Assembly (NCBI GenBank): GCA_037447605.1
Contig: CM074815.1
Span: 2,356,001-2,420,000, forward strand
Source of the DNA: Zygnema circumcarinatum SAG 698-1b
Lineage: Eukaryota; Plantae; Zygnematophyceae
Direction of reading: 5' to 3'
DNA length: 64,000 bases
Shown: positions 1-13,303 of the stretch, piece by piece
Numbering within the stretch: position 1 is the stretch's first letter
Layout of the letters: each line of letters begins with the position of its first letter
Translations under genes and position numbers: made by a program
The notes under the pieces: generated by a model
What the model saw: the letters and a program-made list of their open reading frames with translations, nothing else
Databases searched by the model: none
What the model was told of the DNA's origin: nothing

Positions 1-506
1 ATGGCCTCAGGTTTGAGAGGGGGACTCGCAGCCGAGTCTATGGCTATACAGACGCTGACTGGGGAGGGGATTTGGATTCATCCCGCTCCACATCTGGATA
101 CGTTTTCTTGAATGCAGGTGGGGCCATCACATGGAATTCCACCTTGCAGTCTTCAGTGGCTCTCTCCAGCACTGAAGCAGAGTATATGGCAGCTTGCCAT
201 GCAGCCAGGGAGTGTGTGTGGCTGCGGAACTTCTTTGGGGAGTGTGAGCGGCCTCAACTCCCCTTACCACTCTTCACAGACAATCAATCCTCTATTGCTC
301 TCATGGAGAATCCGGTGTTCCACAAGCGGAGCAAGCATTTCCGGATCCAATACCATTACGTGAGACAGGAGGTGAGAGAAGGACTTGTTAGTATCAAGTT
401 CATTGGAACCAGGGAGCAGGCGGCCGACATGCTGACGAAGGCAGTCAGTGGTGAGACCTTGAGGATTAATTCGGATCTCATTGGGCTGGGGCCTCTCAGG
501 AACTAA
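1..506 (+). CDS. Ty1/Copia pol 3' end (RT C-terminus + RNase H), subfamily U; 5'-truncated by window edge
   Basis: ORF 72..506 has SRSTSGY..AITWNS..VALSSTEAEY..FTDNQS..HKRSKHF..ADMLTK, the Copia RNase H signature; the frame continues upstream (YTDADWGGD). Confidence 0.95.
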   Translation, partial: GLRFERGTRSRVYGYTDADWGGDLDSSRSTSGYVFLNAGGAITWNSTLQSSVALSSTEAEYMAACHAARECVWLRNFFGECERPQLPLPLFTDNQSSIALMENPVFHKRSKHFRIQYHYVRQEVREGLVSIKFIGTREQAADMLTKAVSGETLRINSDLIGLGPLRN

Positions 507-512
507 AGTGCC

Positions 513-888
513 AAAGAGGGGGAATGTTAGTGTACATAGTTAGTTCAGATTAGCATGTTTGTGTTGGCGCTTAGTTCCTAGGGGTGTGCTTCTAGGTGTG
601 ACATGTATGGGGACGGACTTACTTCAGCGTGCGCGCGGCGGCGAGACCGACCGCGCAACCGTACGGATAGTATGGACCGTACGGACCGTACGGTCGGTAC
701 GGACAGTACGGCCGGGAGTCCGACATTTGGTACCGCGCCGAGGAATCGGTCCTGGCGTACGGAATCGTGGACTGATGCGGCGGCAAAAGGCGGCGAAGTC
801 GGTGGAGTCGGCGGAGCCTACTTTGCGTACGGAAGATAGTCCTTGTGGGTGACGGCGGGAAGTTCAGCTCGGCGGTAGAGTACATGGC
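513..888 (+). mobile_element. Polypurine tract + 5' part of Copia 3' LTR (subfamily U), interrupted at 888
   Basis: AAAGAGGGGGAA at 513-524, then TGTTAGTGTA at 525; homologous to the complete LTR at 9480-10420. Confidence 0.85.
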
Positions 889-1522
889 TGTTGGTGCAAG
901 GGGCAGTAAGAAAGGAAAGACACAAGGAAAGGGCAACACATGCCCTGGGTATCAGAGCTCAAAACTTTTCTTTTTCTTCTCCTTGGGCCACATACCGCTT
1001 CCGCCACGATATGCCTTCTCGTCCACCTCTTGCCAGGTGCGCACAGCGGAAAACTAAACACCCCACCTACAAGTGCACTTCTTCAACTCCTCCATGGTCT
1101 CGGCTCCTCAACTCCACGCTCCTCCAATGATCTCCTCGTGTGGAGCAACACACCGCCCATACAATGGTCGCCTCCACTCATCCACCACGTCAATCCAACA
1201 CGAGGACTCACATGACAAATGATACAGTAGTAAGGAGAAAGCCCACGGCCCTAAAACTCCTTAAACTTCATGAGTGTAATACAAGCTCTTGAGGAAATCT
1301 ACATCGATCCCGTATGCTAGATTCTCCTCCTCACATGAGCACTATCCTATCCTCTCATAGATAGCCTACACCCCAACTGCAGTAGCCAAGCACTACCTGC
1401 CTCCATGAACTCCTCCTCTACCTCAACACATGAGGGACACACCATCTAACTTCTTCACTAAAGCTTAGCATGATGAGAGCTAGTTCCTTCACGACCTTCA
1501 TACACAAGGCCGGACTCCTCTA
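889..1522 (-). mobile_element. Copia LTR (subfamily Z), 3' portion, inserted antisense into the U LTR
   Basis: 889 starts TGTTGGTGC, the reverse complement of LTR end GCACCAACA. 960-1200 is the reverse complement of 25435-25680. Carries the shared AAGGAGTTTTAG..CTTTCTCCT motif at ~1231-1263. Confidence 0.75.
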
Positions 1523-1532
1523 NNNNNNNNNN

Positions 1533-3278
<1,746 letters not shown>

Positions 3279-5458
3279 TGTAGCCAACGCTGAGCACGGC
3301 GCTACAGCACCACGAAGATCTCCCGCGCAGTTTGTCGTGCAAATTTGTCGGTCGGTCGAGGTCGGACTGCCGGGGAACCGACATCTTTGGGACCTTGTCA
3401 CGGGCCTTAGCGCCGCCTTTCAGCGCCCAGCGGTCAGCCGGTCGGCGGTATGCGCTCTTGTAGCGCGTCATTATCGCGTAGCGTCGTATATGCGGCGGCG
3501 CCCGAACCTGCGCGGCGGCTCGGAAGTAGAAGCGGCGACCTCGGCGTGGCGACCGCCCGCGAGGCTACACCAGCGGCGTCACCGCCCGAGTGGTGGGCCC
3601 ACTATACAGGACCCTCATCTTTGGTAGAGGTTATTGAGGCGTATAGGGCGGGGGCGAAATGCTGCTTGACATTCAATCGAACCGACTTCTCTCTCTCTCT
3701 TCCCCTCTACCTCCACGACTCCTGTTGACCCGCCCAGAACCCGGTTTCTGGACTTCGTTACATTGGTATCGAGCCATTTTTCTTGATCTACGGTGTCACG
3801 CTCCCACCATAGTCTGCAGCAGCGCGGGGTGAGGGAGCGGCTGCCGTCGGGGCTACACCGCCCGGTCCCCGCTTCCTCCCCACCTCCCCACCCGTTACCC
3901 GTTTCACCACTGCGGGTAGGCCGAGGCCACCGAGGAAGCATGTTCCCCGGCGGGGCTCGGTCCAGCGACCTCGGCGGCGGGCCTGTCGGCGAACGAGCGG
4001 CGGGAGAGACTTCGGCAGACCCTCTCCTGCAACACGAGGACTTTTGGCGCCGTTGGCGCTGCGGACGACTCGTGGCCGAGGCGGGCTGGCTACTCTAGCG
4101 TTAGGCAGCCAGCGGGATGGCCCGGGCGACCCGCTGAGCGGCGGCTCACCTCGTTGAGCTCCTCCTGGCCCGGTCGCGGGCGAGAACCCGGCGCCGGGGA
4201 GGACTTCACGGTGCTTGACTTCTGTAGGGACCTCGCGGAGGTTGAGGCGGGACATCGTGAACAAGAGGTGGGCCCTCGCGCGCAGGGAGGTAGAAGAACT
4301 GGTCCTCCTCGGGGGTCACTTGGGGTGCCACCTCTGTGAACTTCGTTGCGGTGGTACCTCCCCTCCCCTCGGCGGCCCGCCTCAGGGGTACGGCGGCGAC
4401 CCACCACTTGGCGAGGGTAGGGGCTCTGCGATATCCAGATGGGGTCATCCTCCCGAGTAGGTGGGGGATACCCGCCCGATCGCTGCTTGGGGGCGATGAC
4501 CTTGACCCAGCGGGCAGCGCGCCACCCACGGCGGGGTTTCGCAGCGGCGCGGAGTCCCACCCATTTCATTGTGGGGTGGCGACCCATTACCGGCGCGTTG
4601 GCGGTGGAGTGCGGCCCGAGCCAGGGTTACGCTGCGGCGACGGCGCCCGCGGGAAGAGTGGGTGAACTCCATGCCCCTCTCTCCGTGAGACGGTTTCAGC
4701 GTGTTCTCTAACCTTAGGGCGGCATCAGCGGCCGGTTGGCACCGATTTTAAGCGAGATGAACAAGCACTTTGGCGTCGCTGGAGCCCGGCTTGGAGGGTG
4801 CGTGGAAGTATGCCACTACAGTGCTTGGGAGCGAGCGTGCTTGATTCCTCCGCGGCTAGAACCGCGGTGTCGATTACTTTCGTGACACCCCTCCGAAGGT
4901 GAGTTACTACGGGTTCTCCATGGGGTTGAAACCTCACATTGCTAACCAACTGTTGCTCAACCCCGCTACTTCTAAGCCCTGGATGGCTGCGGACGCAAAT
5001 CTGTTTTATGCGGCCGCTGTGAACGCGGACGCGCGGACCGTAGCGGCAGACCCTTGGCGTGGGACTTGGTCCCCTGTACCCTCTGGCTCCAACTCGCCTC
5101 GGCGGGAGACCCCACCCTTTGGGGCTCGTGGGGCGCCAAGGGGCTTGGCGTCTGAGGGATGCACCCGACTCAGCCCTTGGGCAGGATACCCCAAAGTGAC
5201 GTCCCAAGAAGCGGACAGGCTCAAGAGGGAGGGCCGTTGTTACCGTTGCCGACAGGCGGGCCATCTGGCTCGTGACTGTCCCAAGGGCCAGCAAGCTCCT
5301 GGCCCGGAAAACGGACCTCCACCTGCAGTCTAGAGGTTGTTGCAGGTGGTAGTGGTGGGGGGGGGGAAATGGTTGTTGGAGCTGCCAGGCGTAGGGATTT
5401 TGTTGTACCCTTTTCGACATTTATTAGCAGATATTATGGTAGGCATTTGCTGCATCGA
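3279..5458 (+). mobile_element. Ty3/Gypsy element 5' part: LTR 3279-3762, PBS 3764-3775, degenerate gag, start of pol
   Basis: TGTAGC...GTTACA LTR followed by TGGTATCGAGCC (Met-tRNA-like PBS); Gag C-terminus has a CCHC knuckle; ends at N gap. Confidence 0.8.
3940..5333 (+). pseudogene. Gypsy gag (frameshifted/stop-interrupted), C-terminal zinc knuckle intact
   Basis: ORF 4899..5333 reads PKVTSQEADRLKREGRCYRCRQAGHLARDCP; the upstream part is broken across frames and the start is approximate. Confidence 0.7.
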
Positions 5459-5567
5459 NNNNNNNNNNNNNNNNNNNNNNNNNNNNNNNNNNNNNNNNNN
5501 NNNNNNNNNNNNNNNNNNNNNNNNNNNNNNNNNNNNNNNNNNNNNNNNNNNNNNNNNNCGCCAGATA

Positions 5568-7002
5568 GAACGCAACCTATTGCACGTGTCACAAAAACGT
5601 CCATATCTGAATAGGGAGAACGCTTAATTGACTCAAACTTTATGTGCATACGGCGGACTCACTGTAGAGTGACGCTGAGAAATTTCGGTGCAAAAAAGTA
5701 AAAGACAAAAAAGTTATATATAACGGAGTGGACGTGTATAGGAACGCAACCTATTGCACGTGTCACAAAAACGTCCATATCTGAATAGGGAGAACGCCAA
5801 ATTGACTCAAACTTTTTGTGCATACGGCGGATTCACTATAGAGTGACGGTGAGAAATTTCGGTGCAAAAAAGTAAAAGACAAAAAAGTTATATATAACGG
5901 AGTGGACGTGTATAGGAACGCAACCTATTGCACGTGTCACAAAAACGTCCATATCTGAATAGGGAGAACGCTTAATTGACTCAAACTTTTTGTGCATACG
6001 GCGGACTCACTGTAGAGTGACGCTGAGAAATTTCGGTGCAAAAAAGTAAAAAAGAAAAAGTTATATATAACGGAGTGGACGTGTATAGGAACGCAACCTA
6101 TTGCACGTGTCACAAAAACGCCCATATCTGAATAGGGAGAACGCTTAATTGACTCAAACTTTTTGTGCATACGGCGGACTCACTGTAGAGTGACGCTGAG
6201 AAATTTCGGTGCAAAAAAGTAAAAGACAAAAAAGTTATATATAACGGAGTGGACGTGTATAGGAACGCAACCTATTGCACGTGTCACAAAAACGCCCATA
6301 TCTGAATAGGGAGAACGCTTAATTGACTCAAACTTTTTGTGCATACGGCGGACACACTGTAGAGTGACGCTGAGAAATTTCGGTGCAAAAAAGTAAAAGA
6401 CAAAAAAGTTATATATAACGGAGTGGACGTGTATAGGAACGCAACCTATTGCACGTGTCACAAAAACGTCCATATCTGAATAGGGAGAACGCTTAATTGA
6501 CTCAAACTTTTTGTGCATACGGCGGACTCACTGTAGAGTGACGCTGAGAAATTTCGGTGCAAAAAAGTAAAAGACAAAAAAGTTATATATAACGGAGTGG
6601 ACGTGTATAGGAACGCAACCTATTGCACGTGTCACAAAAACGTCCATATCTGAATAAGGAGAACGCCAAATTGACTCAAACTTTTTGTGCATACGGCGGA
6701 TTCACTATAGGGTGACGGTGAGAAATTTCGGTGCAAAAAAGTAAAAGACAAAAAAGTTATATATAACGGAGTGGACGTGTATAGGAACGCAACCTATTGC
6801 ACGTGTCACAAAAACGTCCATATCTGAATAGGGAGAACGCTTAATTGACTCAAACTTTATGTGCATACGGCGGACTCACTGTAGAGTGACGCTGAGAAAT
6901 TTCGGTGCAAAAAAGTAAAAGACAAAAAAGTTATATATAACGGAGTGGACGTGTATAGGAACGCAACCTATTGCACGTGTCACAAAAACGTGTGCACAAA
7001 AG
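5568..7002. repeat. 174-bp tandem satellite, ~8 monomers
   Basis: TGCACGTGTC recurs at 5581, 5755, 5929, 6102, 6276, 6450, 6624, 6798 and 6972 (period 174, once 173); monomers are near-identical. Confidence 0.98.
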
Positions 7003-7620
7003 TGTTAGTGTTAGGCTAGTTAGGAACTTGTAAATACACTAAGTTGTTTTGGTACTAAGTTCTTAGGGGTGTGCTCTTAGTCCGAATTGTACGTGTGACC
7101 GCTCTGCTGCATCGTATTGGTGCCTTAGGGGGCGTACAGAACCGCTGCCGCACAAAGATCCGGCCAAACAGTGTACTCTGAGCGGTAAGCGCTGGGTGTA
7201 CGCCATCGAAAGCATTGGTTTCAACGCCAAGTGAGTGCGGAGTACGGCGCGAGGGCGGCGAGGCGCCGCGAGTGCGCTGACTCATAAACTACTGATTGTT
7301 AGTGTCGGACAGCTTGGACAGCAGAAAGTGACGACGGCGACGGGATTGGCCAAGGGCGCGAGCGCTGATCCGCTGGAGCCTAAAAGCGCGCGCGCGCATC
7401 GGAAGGAATGTTTGGGCGCGACCGCGATGCGCCACGTGGAGCCCATGTAGCGGGTCCGCTGGGCTCGGATCGCATTTTAAAATGTCGGCGACAAAAGTCG
7501 CTGCGCGGCCGGCAAAGCGCGTAACCGCATCGTGACAGATGTATCAATGGGACAAGACTAGGTCGGTGCCGCCGTAGGTTTACGCAGGCGACTAGCTGGT
7601 CGCTATTCCCTCGGTGCGCT
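7003..7620 (+). mobile_element. Copia LTR 5' part (subfamily W), noisy copy of 10921-11550
   Basis: TGTTAGTGTTAGGCTAGTTAGG start, with the same satellite junction GTGCACAAAAG as at 10921; right end approximate. Confidence 0.75.
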
Positions 7621-7878
7621 TTAACCACGCAACCGCAAATGAAGAGTTGTCGTGGAGGAGATGGCTATTGAGCCAAAGGAGGATGCGCCAGCCCAATGCG
7701 AAATGGAGCAGCCTCAAGAGCATCCCTCCGCGGACGGAGAAGACAAGTTGGGAGGACCAGCGTCTCCAAATCGCTTCTCAAATTCAAATTGCACTAATGG
7801 GCGCATGCTTTAAGAAGAGAGCAACACGAAGAATCCCCGTGGATCATTCCGCGATCATTCCCAGTGACATGGACATGA

Positions 7879-9461
7879 TTGCCCATCGTTGCTACGGTGG
7901 CCCATGCCGCCAGCCCCGCACTTCACGAAGCCGCTGAGGGGCCGGATCAGATCAAGTGGCAGGAGGCCATTGATAGCGAGTGGAACAGTCTGATTGAGAA
8001 TCAGACTTGGCGCTTGGAGAAGCTCCCACCTGGGAGGCGTGCCATCGGCTGCAAATGGGTCTTCAAGGTTAAGAGGAAGGCGGACGGCAGCATCGATAGG
8101 TACAAGGCGCGACTTGTGGCCAAGGGCCACAAATGGGCGAGGGACTGACTACACGCATCTTTGCCCTGCAGAAGTTCAACTCCCTCCCGCCCTCATTTCC
8201 CCTATCATAAAATTCGCAGAGGGGATGGCGTCCACCTCGGGCTGACATCAAGATCGCTTGTATGGAGATCTTGATGAAGAGATATACATGGAGCAGCCGG
8301 AGGGGAAGACCGAGAAGGGATAGGAGAACCTTGTGTGCAGACTCGTGAAGAGTTTGTATGGAATGAAGCTAAAGCAGGCCCCTCGAGCATGGTATGAGAA
8401 GATCGATGAACTCTTGGCTGTGCATATGGGTTTGATCGCTTTGAGACCGATACTCTGTGTGTACTCAATCGCTTAAGATGATGATAAGTTGTTTGTTGGT
8501 GTCTATGTGGGATGACTGACCATGATCGCTAAAGTTCCCCTTCGCTAAAGATTGCAGAAGTTTAAAGGAGCTCTTGCAGAGAATTTCCAGATGATCATCT
8601 TTGGAGAAGCTCCAAGATTCTTGGGGATCCACCAAGAGGGGGCCGATGGTTCTTATTCCTTTGTCAAAGGAAGTATAAGATGTGTTGCTATGAAGTTCAA
8701 CATGTGGGAGTGCTAAAAGCCATGCACAAGTCCCATGGAGGCCGGAGTTCGGCTCACACGGCGAGATGTCCCCGCCTACGAGGAGGAGGCAAAGGCAATG
8801 GTCGGAGTGCCATATCGACCGGGCGACGGGGAGCCTCATGTATTTGATGGCACGAGGCCCCATCTGGCGAAGCCGCAGCACCCAGCGTATTCATGGAGAA
8901 CCCTACGGTATATCGTGGAAGGAGTCAAGCGTATATTTCGGTTTCTCGGCGGGAACTGTGGATTATGGCCTCGTGTTTGAGAGGGGACTCGCGTACCGGT
9001 CTATGGCTATACGTATCACGACCGGAGGGGATTTGATTCATCCCGCCCACACATCTGGATATTGTTTTTCTTGAATGCGTGTGGGGCCATCACGCGGAAC
9101 TCCACTTGCGCCTTCTCGCTGGCCCCCTTCCAAAGACCGGCGTATATATGGCAAGCCTTTTGCCATGCGTACCAGTGGGAGCTGTATATGGTCAAGGAAC
9201 TCTTTGGGAGTGTGAGCCGCCTCAGCCCCTACCACTCTTCACCTTTAATAATCACCTCTATCAGCTTCCTCATGGAGAATCCGGGTGTCTACTGCTTGAG
9301 CAAGCATCGATCCAATACCACGCTGGAGACAGAGGTGAGGGAAGGATCATAAGATCAAGTTCATTGGAACTGCGGAGCAGTACCATATAGCCGACGGCTG
9401 GGCAAATGCTGGTGAGACCTTGAGGATTAATTCGATCTCATTGGGCCTCCTCAGGAACTAA
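7879..9461 (+). pseudogene. Degenerate Copia RT-RNase H (subfamily U), many indels
   Basis: KWQEAIDSEWNSL..AIGCKWVFKVKRKADGSIDRYKARLVAKG; 8965-9480 is an indel-rich copy of 1-524. Confidence 0.9.
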
Positions 9462-9479
9462 AGTGCCAAAGAGGGGGAA

Positions 9480-10420
9480 TGTTAGTGTACATAGTTGGCC
9501 TCAGATTAAGATGTTTTATGCGGCTGGGCGCTAGTTCCTAGGTGCTTCTAGGTGTGAGATGGCGGGGGCTGTAACTTACTCTATGGTTGACTCAAGAGTG
9601 CAAGGCTGCTGAGGGCGTAGACCGACTGCTGCCGGTAGAGACTGTACGGACAGTACGGACTGTACGGACAGTCGATAAGATGACAGTACGGCCAGGAGTC
9701 CGGATTCGGGGTACCGGCCTCGGTGAATCGTCCCCGAGTACGGAATCGCAGGAAATTACGCGCGCGGAAGACTCAAGCAGAAGCTCTGGAGGCGCGAGCC
9801 GCATTCTTTGGGTACGGAAGCGTTAGTCCTCAGGGGCGACGGGCTGAAGTTCGTTCTCGGCAGAGCATATGGCCATCCGTTAGGAGCGTGGTGTTGGTAC
9901 GTTGCCAAGTCGGTGTACTATGCATACATTACCTAAGTAGTTTATTTAGGTTGTTTGAATAAGGCTGCTGCATGTATGGTTCCGGTATGCGTGACGTGAC
10001 ATGGTCACGTCACAGCCCCATACTATAGTGAGAGAGCGGGTGTGTGTTAGTAACCTTCTTGATATGCATTGCAAGGCTATGGCAGTTTGAGGGCATGGTT
10101 GGGTAAGCGAGGAGGGACCTTGTGAGGAGTCTCCGTGTGTGGAGAACTGCTTCACGTGAAGGTGGTACGGTGGTGGTGATCATGTGTTCAAAGATTGGCT
10201 TAGGCTTATGGGGGCTTGAGCTAGAAAGATTGTGATTATAAAGGAGTTTTAGGCTGGGAGCTTTCTCCTACGTTTTTCTATTCCTCGCGGTGTTGTGTAT
10301 GCACGTGAGTGAAAAATGAGTGAGAGTGCTGCGGGCACCAGGAGGGAAGTTTCCATGGACAGTGAAGAGGGAGAAAGGGTGGAAGGTGAATTTGCTTCTC
10401 ATCCCTCTGCCCCTCTCACA
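9480..10420 (+). mobile_element. Complete Copia 3' LTR (subfamily U, 941 bp) abutting satellite
   Basis: PPT AAAGAGGGGGAA immediately upstream; TG...CA ends (TGTTAG...CTCACA); satellite resumes at 10421. Confidence 0.85.
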
Positions 10421-10920
10421 TAACGGAGTGGACGTGTAAAGGAACGCAACCAATTGCACGTGTCACAAAAACGTCCATATCAGAATAAAGAGAACGCCAA
10501 ATTGACTCAAACTTTGTGTGCAGACGGTGGACTCACTGTAGAGTGACGGTGAGAAATTTCGGTGCAAAAAAGTAAAAGACAAAAAAGTTATATATAACGG
10601 AGTGGACTTGTATAGGAACGCAACCTATTGCACGTGTCACAAAAACGTCCATATCTGAATAGGGAGAACGCTTAATTGACTCAAACTTTTTGTGCATACG
10701 GCGGACTCACTGTAGAGTGACGCTGAGAAATTTCGGTGCAAAAACGTAAAAGACAAAAAAGTTATATATAACGGAGTGGACGTGTATAGGAACGCAACCT
10801 ATTGCACGTGTCACAAAAACGTCCATATCTGAATAAAGAGAACGCCAAATTGACTCAAACTTTTTGTGCATACGGCGGATTCACTATAGGGTGACGGTGA
10901 GAAATTTCGGTGCACAAAAG
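10421..10920. repeat. 174-bp satellite, ~2.9 monomers between two LTRs
   Basis: Same monomer and orientation as 5568-7002. Confidence 0.97.
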
Positions 10921-11612
10921 TGTTAGTGTTAGGCTAGTTAGGAACTTGTAAATACACTAATTTGTTTTGGTACTAAGTTCTTAGGGGTGTGCTCCTAGTC
11001 CGAATTGCATGTAGGACGCCTAGCGACTTGATACAAGTCGCCGGGGGGGTAATGCTTGGCGTAAGCGCGCGCACAAGATCTGGCGAAACAGGTGTGCGGG
11101 CGGTGCCTTGGGTGCTCACCCCACGGCCATGAGCGCAGATTGGTCCTTAGTGCAGAAGTGCAGGCCTTGGCTGGCCCGAAAGATGCGCCCGTGAAGTCGC
11201 GCCAGACTCATAAACGGCGCTGATTGGTTGTAGTGCTGACGCGCGGACGCAGAGTACGGACGTGCGACTTCAGATTGGTTGCGGCGCGAGCGCGGATCCG
11301 CGGAGCGCAAAGTTGCGGCGCAAAAACGACGAAGGAATGTCGGCGGCGAATCGCGATGCGCCACGTGGACATTCATGTAGTGGGTCCGCTAGTTCGATCG
11401 TACGGCCGAAATGTCGGCGGACAAAAGTCGCTAAAAGGGCTGGCAAAGCGGCAGAACTGCACGGACAGATGTACGAATAGACAAGAATTAGGTCGGTGCT
11501 ATCGTAGGTTTACGAGGCGCACTAGCTGGTCGCTATTCCTGAGTGCGCCCACTGAGATAGTGCATGGGCTTGCAATGGCGGACGAGACGTGACAACTTGT
11601 GTCACATCACAC
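10921..11612 (+). mobile_element. Copia LTR 5' portion (subfamily W), interrupted by a Y LTR
   Basis: TGTTAG start; the middle is homologous to the V LTR (reverse complement of 18440-18739). Confidence 0.85.
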
Positions 11613-12075
11613 TGTTGGTGCAGGGACTCCTCCACTGCTGCCGTCCGTTCCTCCATTCGGGTCACCCTCCATCGGAGTTCGCGTTCCAATCGACGATGAC
11701 ATTTCCAAATCCCTCACATTCACTCATAGCCCATTTTACTCACAGAGTGAATCACAGCAATAATGCACAGCGGAATAACAGAGAGAAATGAATAGGAGAA
11801 AGCTCCTGGCTCTAAAACTCCTTAATAGTGAATTCACTCATACATTGAGAGACCCCCTCTCAAATCGGCCGCTCAGCAATCTCACAGCTCACTACCTCAC
11901 AGCACGAGTAAGTGTAGTGTCGCAACACGAGCGAACAGCATAACAGAGACTACAACAGCCTGAATGAATTGTTACCTAAAACAAAAACAATCCTTAAGTA
12001 CCATGTCACTACACACGTGACAACATGCTGCGAAGCTTCACAACATCGACTAGCGGCCTGCAAGGGCCCTATCCC
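11613..12075 (-). mobile_element. Copia LTR 3' half (subfamily Y), antisense
   Basis: Essentially exact reverse complement of 24972-25434. Confidence 0.93.
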
Positions 12076-12085
12076 NNNNNNNNNN

Positions 12086-13303
12086 CCCAGGATCGAATGT
12101 GGAAGGCGACCAAGTGAGGATCAAGAGGGGGATGATGATCTCTCGGGCCTTTGGATCAAGAGGGGGCAGCTTGTTCAGACAAGGGAGCATACATTTAGTT
12201 GTGGGACACTAGGGGATTGTAGTGGTCTCATGGACCTAGGGCCCATGGGGAACTAAGTACCAAGAGGGGGATTGTTAGTGTAAAGTAGTTAGGGACTTGT
12301 TGTACACTAAGTTGTTGGTACTAAGTTCTAAGGAGGGGTGTGCTCATTATGTCTACATTGTACGGCGAACCGTCTAAGTGACCGTACAAGTCTTTAAGGG
12401 GTGTGCGTGTAGCGCGCAGAGCCTGATTTGGCAAGGCAAGGCATCAGAATGTCGGTGCGGCCAATCAGTGGTACGATTTGGAAGGCCAAGACCATGGGTG
12501 TACGGACATTGGTCGGTGGCGAGGCGCGGCGTGGCGGAGTCAGATGTGACGTGGCGCGCCGCGACAAATCGGGACGTGACGAGGCGCGAATCAACGCGCG
12601 GAGCAGAATTGATGAAGTACGGAGTCAGCAATGTCTCAAGTGGAGGACAGTGGCGAATCGGAAGGCGCCACGTGTCGGGTTAAAGGGAAGGCCTATACGG
12701 CCTAGGTCGGTGGCTCTCGTAGGCTTACGGGGTCCCACATGACGCCAAGTAATGAGGAGTCAGATCCTACGGTGGAGGACTCGGATGGAGATAAGGCTGA
12801 GGCGGATCTGACGGCATCGATGTGCTGGATCCGTGCAAGCTGAGGAGGATCCGACGGCGCGAGATTAGGATCGGGATAAGGGTCTTGCAAGGCGTAGCAT
12901 GTGCGGCCGTGACGTGACAATGTCACTATTGGCGCCATATTGTATTTAAGGGTTAGATTGTTTGGTAGAAGTTAACCTTCTCGTGACTCACATTGGGGAG
13001 TGAGGCTGTCTTGCTTAGGGCCAAGGAGATAGTGGGAAGAGTTCAGCTTGTAGTGGGTGGTTTATTCACGTAGCTTGAGTGGAGGTGCTTGAAGCTTGGC
13101 TCTAGTGTTGTCAAGTTGTATTTCATCTTTATCTTAAGGAGTTTTAGGGTGGTGGCTTTCTCCTTACATTTTCATATTTCCGCTGAGTTGTTCTCTTGCA
13201 TTTAGTGTGCTTTGTGTGATTGAGCAATTCATTGAAGATGTCGAGTTCTACCCAAGGTAGAGGAGAAGTGGCAGCCCCACCAAGGGAGGGCGCTGCAACA
13301 ACA
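12086..13303 (+). mobile_element. Copia subfamily X: degraded RNase H end, PPT and complete 3' LTR (12273-13303)
   Basis: ..LGPMGN* then AAGAGGGGGA PPT; LTR TGTTAGTGTA...GCAACAACA; inserted into a Y LTR. Confidence 0.85.

Noticed and set aside
947-958. PBS-like GGGTATCAGAGC
   Set aside because: It is not adjacent to an LTR end, no gag follows, and it lies within an antisense Z LTR.
5434-6518. Repeated 58-aa ORFs (MHKKFESIKR..)
   Set aside because: Translations of the 174-bp satellite (divisible by 3), broken by stops and an indel.
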